This document shows positions 40,707 to 56,062 of a stretch of 64,000 nt of DNA, one piece after another (the stretch's first letter is position 1; every line of letters begins with the position of its first letter). Location: assembly GCF_009914755.1 (NCBI RefSeq), contig NC_060935.1. One strand, given 5' to 3'. The translations under genes and the position numbers were made by a program. The DNA comes from the human T2T-CHM13v2.0 reference genome, Homo sapiens. Below the pieces are notes generated by a model. The model worked only from the letters and a program-made list of their open reading frames with translations, was not told where the DNA came from and ran no database searches.

Positions 40707-40990
40707 AAATACAGCTCAAAGAGAGGATGTGAAATGTTCCCAACACATAGAAATGGAAACTATAAAGAGAATTGCATTGCAAATCCTGACACGTAAATTT
40801 AATCTACATTTCTGAATGTTTTCTTGGTTTGCAAGAAATGGATTAACCTGAATGAATTTGTGAACTTTGAGATATTCTTTTTCATGTAGATTTACAAATA
40901 AAAATTGCCAATATCATGGAACTAGAGAGTGAGAATGATAGTTATCAGAGGCTGGGAAGAGTGTGTTGGACGGGGACGGGGGATGAAGAC
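40707..40990 (+). other. Rearranged local duplicate of 34779-35213 (L1ME plus L1MA4 composite)
   Basis: 40756-40865 aligns ungapped to 34779-34888 with about 19 mismatches in 110 (hand count). Flanked by L1MA4 pieces equivalent to 35167-35213 and about 34960-35050. Confidence 0.85.
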
Positions 40991-43160
40991 AATGGGAAGA
41001 AGGAAGGCAAAGAGATTAAGAAAAGAGAGGGAATATGTTTAAAATACATGAAGACAGAAGGAGGGCCAAAATAAAGGATTCTGTCTTCCTCAACGCTCTA
41101 TTCGTAGATCTTAGCATTATGTGCACACATAGGAGATGTTCAGTAAACAACTGTTAAATATTTACAGGCACTGCAGAATTTGTTACTTTTATTAAGTTCT
41201 ATTATGTAATTTCACCCATAATCTGATATGTATACCTCTATCACTGTACATATCATACCATTGAAATAATTTGTTTTGTGAGTATATCTCCTCCCTCACT
41301 CTTGAATTACCTTAGAAGGCATGATCCAAGTCAGTTATTTCATCTCCACTACTTATGTGCCTAATAAATAATCAGTTTGAGTCATTATTTATTATGTATT
41401 TCTAATGTAGATATTTATTTAAAAATAAATAATAACGTAAATTTTAAATAACAATGATAATTAATAAATAATAAAAGTAAATAAATAATAACCTTGTGCC
41501 TAAGAAACAATCACTTGGTAAATAGACTCAACTGACACAGATATCATTATGTCAATAAGCATCATCATCACCAATAAAAACAGTTGTGAAAAACTATTCA
41601 GCTTGCTGTGTCTACTACTGAGGAAACAAAGAGATGCATGGCATAGTCTCTGATCTAGAGGTATTTACAAAGTCAATTGAGAAACCAGGATGAAATGGCT
41701 AATGACTGTTTGAGGCAGGCCTTTTTATAACACAAAGGAGGAAATGAAACCTACCCTTTTTTTTTTTTGGAAATCAAGTGGCTTAAAATTATATTGGTAA
41801 TTACACTTAATTTGTACTCATAAGCAGACATTAACATTCACCTTTGGAAGATAATTTGTTCATTCAATCAATCTTGTATGTTCTTTGGGGAGTGGGGGAG
41901 ATTAGGAAGCTGAAGATAGCACATAACAAATTATATTTTACTATATACTAAAATGGAGATGAAGAATAAAAAATAAAAGCAAGAAAAAATAAGGATATGT
42001 CTTTATTTGCTTTTATATAGCAATCACACTTAAAGCTAAACATTATACTTTATCCTTACATGTATACTTTGGGACCTATTCATGAGCTTCAAATTTAAAT
42101 GCAATTCATCTAATTGCTGAGATGAAAGAAAAAATATGAGATACATAGTTTAGCATCCCTAAGATTAAAAACATAAAGAATCACCATGTTCCCAGGAAAA
42201 TTAGAGCTATTCAAGTATTTTTGAATTATTTTACAGATGGCTCTGTAATCATAGTGAAAAGTGTCTTAGATAATATCCTTACAATAGGTATAACTATGAG
42301 TTAAATAGGGCTATTTCTTATAGCAGTCATCAATATAATATAGTCTGAGTACCTTATTTTATCCAGATTTGGTTAGATCTGAGAATATTTTAAAATATTT
42401 GAAAAGTTAGTTGGATTTCTTTTCCTTGGAATTATATTCACTTAGTAGATTTTGTTTCTACTGAATTTGCAAAATGTCCTATGAGGAATACTTAACTGAC
42501 AGTGGCAATTGTCTGGAATGCCAGCAGAATTTTCTTGAATAAAGTTTGGATTCCTGTGTTTTAGCAGAAAATCAAATTAGGATTGGGTTTTATCCTTTCA
42601 TGAGGAAGGCAAGGAACCTGGAAGCTGGCTTCTGCAGTGAACCAAAATAGGACTTCACGTCATGGACGTGGTATTCTTAAAAATAATAATAAAAAATTGA
42701 AACTACTGAGAGTTAAAATGGGCAGTAGAAACTTCACAGGTATGCTTCATTGTCAATATACTTCTAATCTAAAAACAATAATAATCTAAACAGAAAAAGA
42801 CTTTGACCTTGGCCAAATATATTCTCAGTAATCATGGAGTACCAAGCATTGTGCAATAATATTTCCCGGTATACCACTCATAATTGAGATAAAAATCTCC
42901 AAAATGATTGAGTTAACTTGGTTTAGTAATTTAAATATGGGGGATACTGGAACTTTTCTTTCCACTACAGCTTTTCTTCCTTCCTTATCTCCTTGAATGT
43001 TCCCTCTCTCTAGGAAGGATAAGTACCAATGTATAGATAAGTTTTATCAGATGAAATGCCAAAAACAATGAAGATATGCAGAGCTACTAGCCTTGTGTTA
43101 TTTTAAATAATATTTTTCAGCTTAATTTTAATAATATTCACAAATCTTAGCAAACATTCT

Positions 43161-43204
43161 ACACACACACACAAACACACACACACACACAGAGAGAGAG
43201 AGAG
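43161..43204. repeat. (CA)n(GA)n compound microsatellite followed by a MIR (about 43205-43350, +)
   Basis: acacacacac...agagagagag, then tctcattggtaaaatgcagatag...tttgtgaggattag. Confidence 0.9.
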
Positions 43205-43449
43205 TCTGAATTAAATGGGGCTCAAAATCTGCTTCAACTGTTTACTAAATTTATAATCTAAGAAAAAGTATCTTCCTCAATGCTTATACTTCTCATTGGT
43301 AAAATGCAGATAGTTATAATATTTTTCTCATATAATTTTTGTGAGGATTAGAAGAGTGGCCAAGTCATAAGGCAGAATGTTGTTCTGATAAGCATGGAGA
43401 GAATTATTGCAACCACCTTTGCAAACAAATTACATACGATCGAAGTAAC

Positions 43450-44050
43450 TGCTCACTATTTTTATAAGTATTTTCTTAACAGTTTTATTTGCATATTTCA
43501 TCAGATGAAATTTAGAGTCATTGTCAAGTTTTCCTTGGTCTTCATTCAGTTTGCTCTCGGAGTCTGCCCAGTGCATTTGCTTTGTATACTTATTCCAATA
43601 ATATCTTATATTCCTACAATGTATTTTAATTTTCTGCATAATTTATATGTTTATTGAGTTTGTTCCTGTGATTTAAATTTTTCTTTTTTTTCTTATGTAT
43701 TATCACAATATTTCTACTTGGTTATTAGTGATATAGAAAAGTTTTGTTTATTTGTATGTTCTTTATTCTAAATGATTTCATGTTTAATTCAGTGTAATTT
43801 TTAGGAGTTTTTTAATTTGTTATTTTCAACAGGCAATATTACTACACGCAAAACATTGAAAAATATATATCTACTCTTTTTTTATATTTTCTTTTGTTCA
43901 TTCTTTGTTCTGTTGGCATGATTAAAATTGCCTTCATTTTGTGTAATAATCTTCAGTATGTTAACACTGTGTAAGATTGATGTTATTGCAAGATAGGAAT
44001 CCTTTATCTTGCAGAAAATAGAAGCTCTATCTCTAATTTATTAGTTTTAT
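43450..44050 (-). mobile_element. L1ME ORF2 fragment
   Basis: tcagatgaaatttagagtcattgtcaagttt...tggttattagtgatatagaaaag. Confidence 0.55.
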
Positions 44051-44093
44051 TATCCATTCACCTATTTACTTAGTCATTTAATAAGTATTTATA

Positions 44094-44404
<311 letters not shown>

Positions 44405-46346
44405 CTAGTATGTGCCAGATACTTCAATCAAAAATTTAAAAATAAAAACAAAACTATAGAGATAATTTTATGTTTTAATTCTTTGATTTAATAATTATGG
44501 GTCCAATTTTTATAAGCAAAAATAATTGCTCTTACTTTACTCTTGCATTTTATCTCATTATTGGTTACTATCTACAAACCAAAGGCCAGGAAAAAGTCAA
44601 TGAAAATGATTTTATTCACTATTTTGTTTACTTTTTGTATTGTTCCTGGTGCATTTTTCCTAAACTGCTATGCTATATAACAGAGCGCTATTGTAAAATA
44701 ATCTAACAAAGCTGCAAATTCTTTGTAACATATTTTTCCTGTAAGTTGAATATAATGTCCTCTAAAGTAATTTGTATACAGAAATCATATAGCAATATAT
44801 ATTAGGGAAAGAAAGCACTGCATCTTTTTAAAAATGGGATAAATCATATTACATATCCATCAAAGTAGAATAATGCACATGGGGTTAATAAAAAGGAACA
44901 ATTTGTTAAATTTTTTCCAGAATTGCATCTAGAAGCAAAAGTCAATTTGGCTTAATGCCTATAATGGAGTTAATAAGACACTTTAGAAAGTGATTGGTTT
45001 ATATAAAAAACATGGGGCGTTTGACCTTGATTTTTAAATTAGAGAGAATCGATTGGCATAAAATGGAATCTGAACCTACACAATTTCAATTACCAGATTC
45101 ATTCTTAAATGATATCCCAGAATCATCTATCATTGCTGGGTCTTACACACCACTTCAGGAACTCTCATATAGTTGTAATTTAAGAAATTTTTTGAAACAA
45201 CTTAGTTTGAGAAATTCATTATGGCTTCGTTAAGTAAAAATTTCATAATAACATCATACAGTTTGGAAGCATTATGATTTTGGAACATTGCCTAACTTGG
45301 CAAGAAAACAGTTTGTGAATAAGAAATCTAGCTATCTTGTTAGTATGCTAAAATATTTTTTGTCAAAATTTTCACTAAGTTCTCCTCCAAGAATAGCATG
45401 TTTCTTGGAAATGGTAAAATTGATCATAAATGTATTCTATCTACATACAAGTGCATGATCTGCATCTCAGATGAACTTTATGCAATTATCAAATAGATGG
45501 TTTACAATGATTAAACCAGTTGAAACAATACTAAGATAAATAAAAATTCATAGATGCAAAAATATATTGATAGGAAAATAATTTATCATAATCATTGTGA
45601 CTGAAGAAAATTTGGCAAATGTAGAAAAGTTATAAGAAATAAATAAAAACTACCTGTAACTAATTCCTAGATATAACTTTTTGACTCTATGACTTTTTTT
45701 ACAGGTTTATGTAGTAGTTTATTTCTCTGTTTTCCTCCTCATTTGGCTTATTTTCAATTTTTCATTCATTGTAAACAGTACTGTAAAAATTAATTGTACA
45801 AAATGTTTGATCACATAACTGATGAATAAGAATAGGTAATTTTTTAAATAAAATATTTTCCAATTGAGATGTAAGACTATAAGTACTCAAACTAATGGAG
45901 CTGAAAAAGTATAAAGATTAGCTTCTGATTATATTCTAAGAGTAGAAATTAAATTGAGATTTAGCCAAGTTTAATTATCAACTGAAATAGTTTTAAATTA
46001 TTTTCTAGTTTCCATGTCTGAGTTTTGAGTGATAATATGTGTATGCAAGTATGTTTTCATTATGGATCAATGGTTTTAAAAGTTTAGTCTCGAATCTAAG
46101 TTAATGGAACATTTTTTGATAGAGTCATAATGTCTCCCACATATTAGGCGACCTCTGTTTTTCCATATGAATTGCTTTTAAAATTGTTGAAGGACGGAAA
46201 ATTACTAGGGGAGGGTGATTCTGTAAACTAACTGTAGCTTTCCAACTGTGAGTAGGAAAACACTCATATCTTTCTGTAGACCTCCTGTACAGATTCATCA
46301 CTTATGAAAACCAGGATGGAACTAGAAGTCTCAAAAAGTCACATAA

Positions 46347-46674
<328 letters not shown>

Positions 46675-49174
46675 TTAATATTTTTATGTAATTCCTAATT
46701 GGAATATAGTTTAAGTAGCCCTTGTTCCAGATGCACATCAATATAAGTGTGGTAAGTTTTCATTTTAGGCCACAAATTAAAGTTGACATTTAATGTAATT
46801 GTCTTTATCATTGTCTATTACTATCTCAGATTCCTAGTCTTTTACATGGTGAAAACTTGGTATTGAATAATTGGGGGAGGTTTTCCTCTTTTGGCTTTTG
46901 CCTGGGGTTGCCTTTAAATTTCATAGGATTTTGATCCTAAAAGTGTGGGGACGAAATTAAGAGGAAATAATGAGAAAAAATCTATTCAGTGTGTGCAAGG
47001 GAGAGTGAACAGTAGGAAAAAGTAGAGAACGGGCATTATCTGTTCATGCAGGATACCGGCTATATCTGTATTCTCCTCACTCTATCTACAAAATCAGGTC
47101 CATCAGCTTGTTTTGCCACGTCCAAGCTGCTCTTGGCCACAGAAGAAAACATTTGTGTTTTTTCCACAACATATGGAAAGCTTTCAGGGCTATCTCTGGC
47201 CTGACTGCCTACACAGAGGGAACTGAAACAAGTCTTTTCTGCCTCTTCCTCCTCTCTCTCCCCTTCATCTTCCTCCGCCTTTACCAGCTTATTATGAAAA
47301 AAATTTCTGGGGTCTTGCAACTTTTGGATCCCTAAACCTTTTTAGAAGTTTTTATCATTTTTCTTATGAATTCCAATGCTGAACCCTGGATAAAACATAA
47401 AATTAAGAATGAAAATTATGATATTGATCCTCAGTTCTGTCTAAAACAAATACAAACAAACAAACTGATAAAAGAAAACAAAATCCTTGATCAGTGTGAC
47501 AAAGGGCAAAGATTCTATTTGGATTTAGATTTCTTTCATGATAGCGTCTGCCCCGTAAAACCAAACACACAGACTGTGTTAATGTCAGGGTTTTAACATG
47601 CGTCACTACTGAAAAACAACCTGTGCAATATAGAATAATAAATGTAAGATATACAAGTCAGAAATGTTCTTAAGTTAGTAATTACTCTAAATCTTTTCTG
47701 GGACATGTCAGTGTATAAATACACACAATTCGAGATTCAATGAATAATCTTATAGAAGGTATTTTTATTTTGTAATTATAACCTGTCTGTAGTAGAATTA
47801 ATCTTTCTTTGTTTCAGCCCAGTCTTTTAATATTACTCTCCATCTTTACAATATGTCTACTTAGAGAATCTCCATGCATGCATCCTTAGCAATTTATTTC
47901 CTTGGATGTGTACTCCTTCCAATACTGTCCGTAAAATGCCAGGCAATATTTGCAGAGTTGCTAACAAATGACTTGGCATTTTCTATTGTGACACTCCTTC
48001 ATTTGATTGTTGGTTTTTTTTTTTTTTTTTTTTTTTTGATTCCATTCTTTCTAGTGCTTTGGTGGTGAGAACTTTGTTGTGTTCTCTTCGGAGATGTGAC
48101 TCACTCAATGATTAGGAACTGATCTGAAAATATATTCTTTCTTAGGTGGAAGTGTGAGCACCAAAATCACTAAATTTCAACTCAAAGCAGAGAGCAAGTA
48201 TTTCTAATTAACACTTTACTCTCAGTGAAGTGTAGACCATTAGTTATAAGGTTACATATACATATATGTGTGTGTAGGTAGGTAGACAGATTGATAGATT
48301 TTTTTAAACATTGGCTGTCCGTTTTTAAAATCAGTTTTCATTTTTCCCTGTGTCCTTAATCATATGTTCCTTTTATTACGTCTATAAAAATAATTTGTTG
48401 CTGAATAAGTTGACAGGTAACACAGCTTATTTGATCATCTCCTTGAAGATCACAATTCACAGTTATGTATCAAAAGCTCCAAGAAAGTCTGTAGTAAATA
48501 AATAGATTTAAACTTTGCATTCTGGTGTTTTCAAGATACTGCAGTTAAATTTGCTTTGTTGTTTATAATCCTTATATAGTCCTCCAATATATGTGTCTTT
48601 GATGATGGAGGAATACAGCACACACACATACATACACACACACACAATTTATCTTTATCATTTCAATTAGTGAACTTTTAAAAATTATATTGTTAGATGA
48701 CAAAGTGGTAACACTATAGTAAACCACAAAAAATTTAATTATGATGGTAAATGCCATTTTATTATGGAGATTTAAATCCATTCAAAATAAAATGTATATA
48801 ATATATTTTCACAAATGGAAAACAAAACATGGCAGAAGGATTTGCCAAGAAGTTACTTCTAGTTATTGGTAGCAAAAAAATAAATCACCTGGAGTGTGAA
48901 ATATGCTATTGCTTCAAAGAAAAACATTGGGCTCATTAATTTGGTATCAATTAGTATTTCAATATTTGATTGGTAGAATAATAGGTCTGTGGGAGGTGTG
49001 TGAGGAAGAAACATATTGAAGAAAAAGAAATTCTTAAATCTGTTTTTTCATTCAAGAGTCTACTTACAAGTCATGTTAAAGTATTTACATTAAGACAACT
49101 ATTAAATATTCTTCCCTGTTAGTAATTTATTGTCTGTCTCCTGCCACAAGAATGTAAGCTCCATTAGGGCAAAC

Positions 49175-51062
49175 TTTTTTTTTCTTTCAACTTTTATTTT
49201 ATGTTCGGAGGATACATATTCAGGTTTGTTACCTAGGTACACTGCATGTCGCTGAGGTTTGAGATACAAAAGATTCTGTCACACAGGTACTAAGCATAGT
49301 ACACGATAGTTTTTCAGTTCTTGCCCTCCTCTTTTCCTCCCAACTCTGGTAGTACCTGGTTTCTCTTACTGTCATCTTTATGTCCATAAATATTGAATGT
49401 TTAGCTCCAGCTTCTAAGTGAGAATATGAAGTACTTTGTTTTCTGTCCCTGCATTAATTTGCCTAGGATAATGGCCTCCAGCTCCATTCATGTTGCTGAA
49501 AAGGACATGATCTTGTTCTTTTTCATGGCTTTATAGTATTCCATGGTGTATATGTACCATGTTTTCTTTATCCAACTTACTATAAGTGGGCATCTAGGTT
49601 GATTCCAGGTCTTTCCTATGGTGGACAGTGCTGTGATGAACCTGAGAGTACATGACTTTATGGCAGAATGATTTTTATTCTTTTGGATATACACCCAGTA
49701 ATGGGATTCCTGGCTTAAATGGTAGTTCTCTTTTTAGTTCTTTGAGAAATCTCCAAACTGCTTTCCATAGTGGCTGAACTAATTTACGTTCTCACAACAG
49801 TGTATAAGCATTCCTTATTTGCAGGCTCACAAGCATTTGTTGTTTTTTGACTTTTTAATAACAGCCATTCTGACTGGTGTGAGAGGCATCTCATTGTGGT
49901 TTTGATTTGCATTGCTCTGATAATTAGTGATATGGAACATTTTTTCTTATATTTGTTGATCACTTATATGACTTCTTTTGTCTTTTGCCCATTTTTTAAT
50001 GGGATTATTTGGGTTTTGTCAGTTTAATTATGTTACTTATAGGTTCTGGATATTAGAACTATATTGGATGTGGAGTTTGTGAATATTTTCTTCCATTCTG
50101 TAGGTCATCTATTTACTCTATTGATTGTTTCTTTTGCTGTGCAGAAGAAGCTCTTTGTTTTAATTAGGCCTTACTTGTCAATTGTAGTTTTTGTTGCAGT
50201 TGCTCTTGGGACTGAGCCAAAAATTGTTTTCCAAGGCTGATGTTCAGAATGGCATTTCCTAAGATTTTCTTCTAGGATATGTATAGTTTTAGGTCTTACA
50301 CTTAAATATTTAATCTATCTTGACTTAATTTTTGTATATGGTGAAAGGCGGGGTTCCAGTTTTATTCTTCTGCATATAGTTTCCAGCTATCCCAGTATCT
50401 TTTATTCAATAGGAAGTCCTTTCCCTATTGCTTATTTTTTTTTTTTTTTTTTGGAGATCAGTTTGCTGTGGGTGCCAGGCTTTATTTCTGGGTTGTCTAT
50501 GCTGTTCTATTGGTCTGTATGCCTTTTTTTCTTTTGCCAGTACCAGGCTGCTCTAGGTACTGAAGCTTTACAGTATTCTTTGAAATTCGGCAATGTGATG
50601 CCTCCAGCTGTATTCTTTTTGCTAAGGGTCACTTTGGATATTCAGGTTCTTTTTTGCTTTCACATGAATTTAGGAATAATTTTTCTAGTTCTTTGAAAAA
50701 TGAAATTGGTAGTTTGATAGGAATATCATTGAATCTGTAGATTGCTTTAGGCAGTATGGCCATTTTAATGATATTGATTCTTCCAATCCATGAACATAGA
50801 ATGTTTTTTCCATTTGTTTGTGTCACCTATTATTTCTTTTAGCAGTGTTTTATAGTACTCGTCGTAGAGATCTTTCACCTTGGATAGATATATCCCTAGA
50901 TATTTCTTGTGGCTATTGTAAATTGGATTGCTTTCTCAATTTGCCTCTAAGCTTGAGTGTCATTGATGTATAGAAATGCTGCTGATTTTTGTACATTGAT
51001 TTTGTATCCTGAAACATTACTGAAGTTGTTTATCAGTTCCAGGAGACTTTTGTTGGAATCTT
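49175..51062 (-). mobile_element. L1PA15/16-like 5'-truncated, about 1.9 kb, inserted in an L2 3' end
   Basis: ORF2 remnants (ORFs 49488-49694, 50629-50826). Degenerate TSD gggcaaact/gggtaaact. L2 sequence continues on both sides. Confidence 0.95.
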
Positions 51063-51311
51063 CATGTGGGTAAACTATTTTCCTTTATTTTATTCATTGG
51101 TGTAACCCCAGAGCCTACCTCATTCCTTGTAGAAAATTGGTTTGGAATAAATACTTCTTGAACCAATGAATTATTATTATAAATTAACAATGACCTTTTT
51201 TTACAGTCTCTAAAGCTTATGACCTCTCTGTAATAACTCTTTCTATTCTTTCTTTCACAAGTTTAATCTGTTGTTGACTTCGAGTTATACTCAGTGAACT
51301 ACAAACTTAAG

Positions 51312-51492
51312 GCAGTCCTTCAGAATGTACCTTCTGAAATCCCCTGCATGAGATCACCAGAAAGGTTTTAAAATGCCTGCTACTGAGTCCTACTACATAC
51401 ATGCAAAATCAGACTTTTTGGTGCTTAGGCATATGAATCTGCAAAAAGTACTCTTAAGTGATTCTTAGGCAAATACCAATTTGAGAATTTTC
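51312..51492. mobile_element. MER5 (A/B) hAT-Charlie MITE
   Basis: cctgcatgagatcacc...aaatcagact...gaatctgca...aagtgattcttaggcaaataccaatttgagaa. Confidence 0.7.
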
Positions 51493-51954
51493 ACCACATG
51501 GTGACTCAATAGGTCTTGGAGGAATTCCACTCAAGTACCTCTCTCCTATTCCTTCCTGTGGACTGGGTTTATTTATACTCAACACAGGCTTTTAGAAGAA
51601 TGAAAGGATAGTATTGAGTTACTACGTTACATTCAGCAAATATTGATTGAATTATTAATTGTGAATCTGAAATTAAACTCCCGTGAAACGTTCATTGAAG
51701 TTCTGCTTTTAACCAAAATATACTTGCAAGATTAGTTATCAAAGTAATGTTTTTGTGATAATTTCAGTACAATGAGGCATATGCAAAAAATTATTCATAT
51801 CACTGTCAAACTGCACACACTCTTTATTGCTTCACATGTATGCTTAAATTCAAAGTGCTTAGGTATATTTTTACTGATGGTCGTTCTTTGAATGTGTCTA
51901 GCAACAATTAATTCTGGTACAAAAGTAAGTAATACCTGTAAACTGGAGATATAA

Positions 51955-52318
<364 letters not shown>

Positions 52319-52436
52319 CATTGCATAAACATTTATATATGCTATGGACAGTAGAGACCAGAAAACAGCTTTACACTACTCTGACTATATCCCACGGAAG
52401 GACATTACTTGAAGTACATGTTTCTGTCATCTAACG

Positions 52437-52659
52437 CTGGCATTGTCACTTTCAGCACTATTGACATTTGGGGCCAGATAAATCTTTGTTGTAGGGGATG
52501 TACGGGACTGTCTTGCGTATCACAATATGTTTAGCAATATTCCAGACCTCTATTAACTAGATGACAGTAGCGTCCCTCAAGTTGTGACAATCAAAAATGT
52601 CTTCAGATACTGCCAAATATTTCCTGGAAGACAAAATCATCACCATTGAGAACCCACTG
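52437..52659 (-). mobile_element. MER20 (hAT-Charlie), full length
   Basis: gcactattgacatttggggccagata...ttgtgacaatcaaaaatgtct...ttgagaacccactg. 8 bp TSD atctaacg/atctaagg. Confidence 0.93.
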
Positions 52660-54149
52660 ATCTAAGGGATCTGAATGGGACTATGTTGTTTCCTTGAGTT
52701 ATGTTACAAGCAGTGACATGAACTTATGTCATCTTATACTCATAAACTTGGTTAGTTGAGCCCAAATTAATTGTGTGTGATGTTTCAACAATTTGGTTAA
52801 ATATTAATTTACTTTATTTTACTTATTATGAAAAATGAGATCTGAAACATATCTTCACATGTCACAAATTTAACTGGAGAGGTAGTTGTTATCTAATGAA
52901 CGCATTTTGCATTGTTAGCCAAATCAGGTAACGCTGTAAGAACTAGAGTTATTCATCATCATTATAAACATTAAAGTGATCTGAATTACACTACCCACAC
53001 ATTATTTCATCTGATTATATAATAACTGGCAAAGGCAGTGCAGGCAATGACTGTGAGCCAGCAGACCCTGGAAAATTGGCATACTAACTGTGTGATCAAG
53101 TTGGCCTCAGTACCAGAGGTTTACAGATTAATGGTAGGTACGGATTTATATTGTCATGAGGCAGGAGCCATCGTTAAATAGAATTTCAGCGCAAGTTATA
53201 CAGGTCACAAGTTCCTAGGTTGCAGCTATCATACCAAAATTGAAGCTATGATTGTCCATATAAATACCTCCAAAGGCTATGTGCAGGATGATTATGGCAG
53301 TATATTCCAGCAGCTGCCAAATAGTAAACTCGAGTGTGAAATCACTGTATTTCAAAATATCTTTATGAAATGAGGCTTAGCATAGAAATGCTAAGAAAGA
53401 CAAACCATCCAAATCTTTTTATTTTGCAAACTGACTGATTCGTCTCTGACCATAAACAAAATTCAGACTGTGAAATTAAGTATCACAGGAACAAAAACAA
53501 TATTGACAAAGCAAGAATCATTACTAATCATAGGCTAGTCTCTTTATGCATATGATACAAAAAAGATCTATAAAGCTACAGCTTAAAATTAGAGCCAAAG
53601 GATTAATCACAAAATATTAATCCATATAATTTTTGATTTGCAACCTAACTTTGGCTGAAACCTTTAAAATGCTACTTTCATTAAGGATTAATATTGACAG
53701 AAGTTTATAGCTTTACTGAAAAGTGAACGTCAGAAAGTCAAAATGACATAACTTAATAGTATAATCAAACATCTATGTAGAATTTTCTGTGTGTCTGGCC
53801 CTGTTTTAGAATACAGAACATTTGTTCAAAACTTCTTGGGATAATTTTCTGGAGTTATTAGCATTGACTATTACAATGAATGTTAAGAGTAGGAGGAAGA
53901 TTTAAGTATAGATTTAGAAATTAAGATACACATTTTTATTCTCTCTCCATTTAAAGATATAATTTGTTTTAATTTTCTGAACTGAATTTCTTCGTATGTA
54001 AAACTGATTTTTGGAAGAAGTAAAGAGCATGATTCATGTAAAGACTCTACTCCAAAGTCTGATGTACCATATACACAGACTTTATCTAATTGCTTCCCTT
54101 CCTTCATTTCAGATAAAATATACAGCCTTTGTAAGCCCTGCTACATTTC

Positions 54150-56062
<1,913 letters not shown>

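Noticed and set aside
47060-47606. Cluster of overlapping 67-86 aa ORFs, including an acidic EEDEGEREEEEAE stretch
   Set aside because: The acidic run comes from a CT-rich tract; no recognisable domain or convincing splice boundaries.
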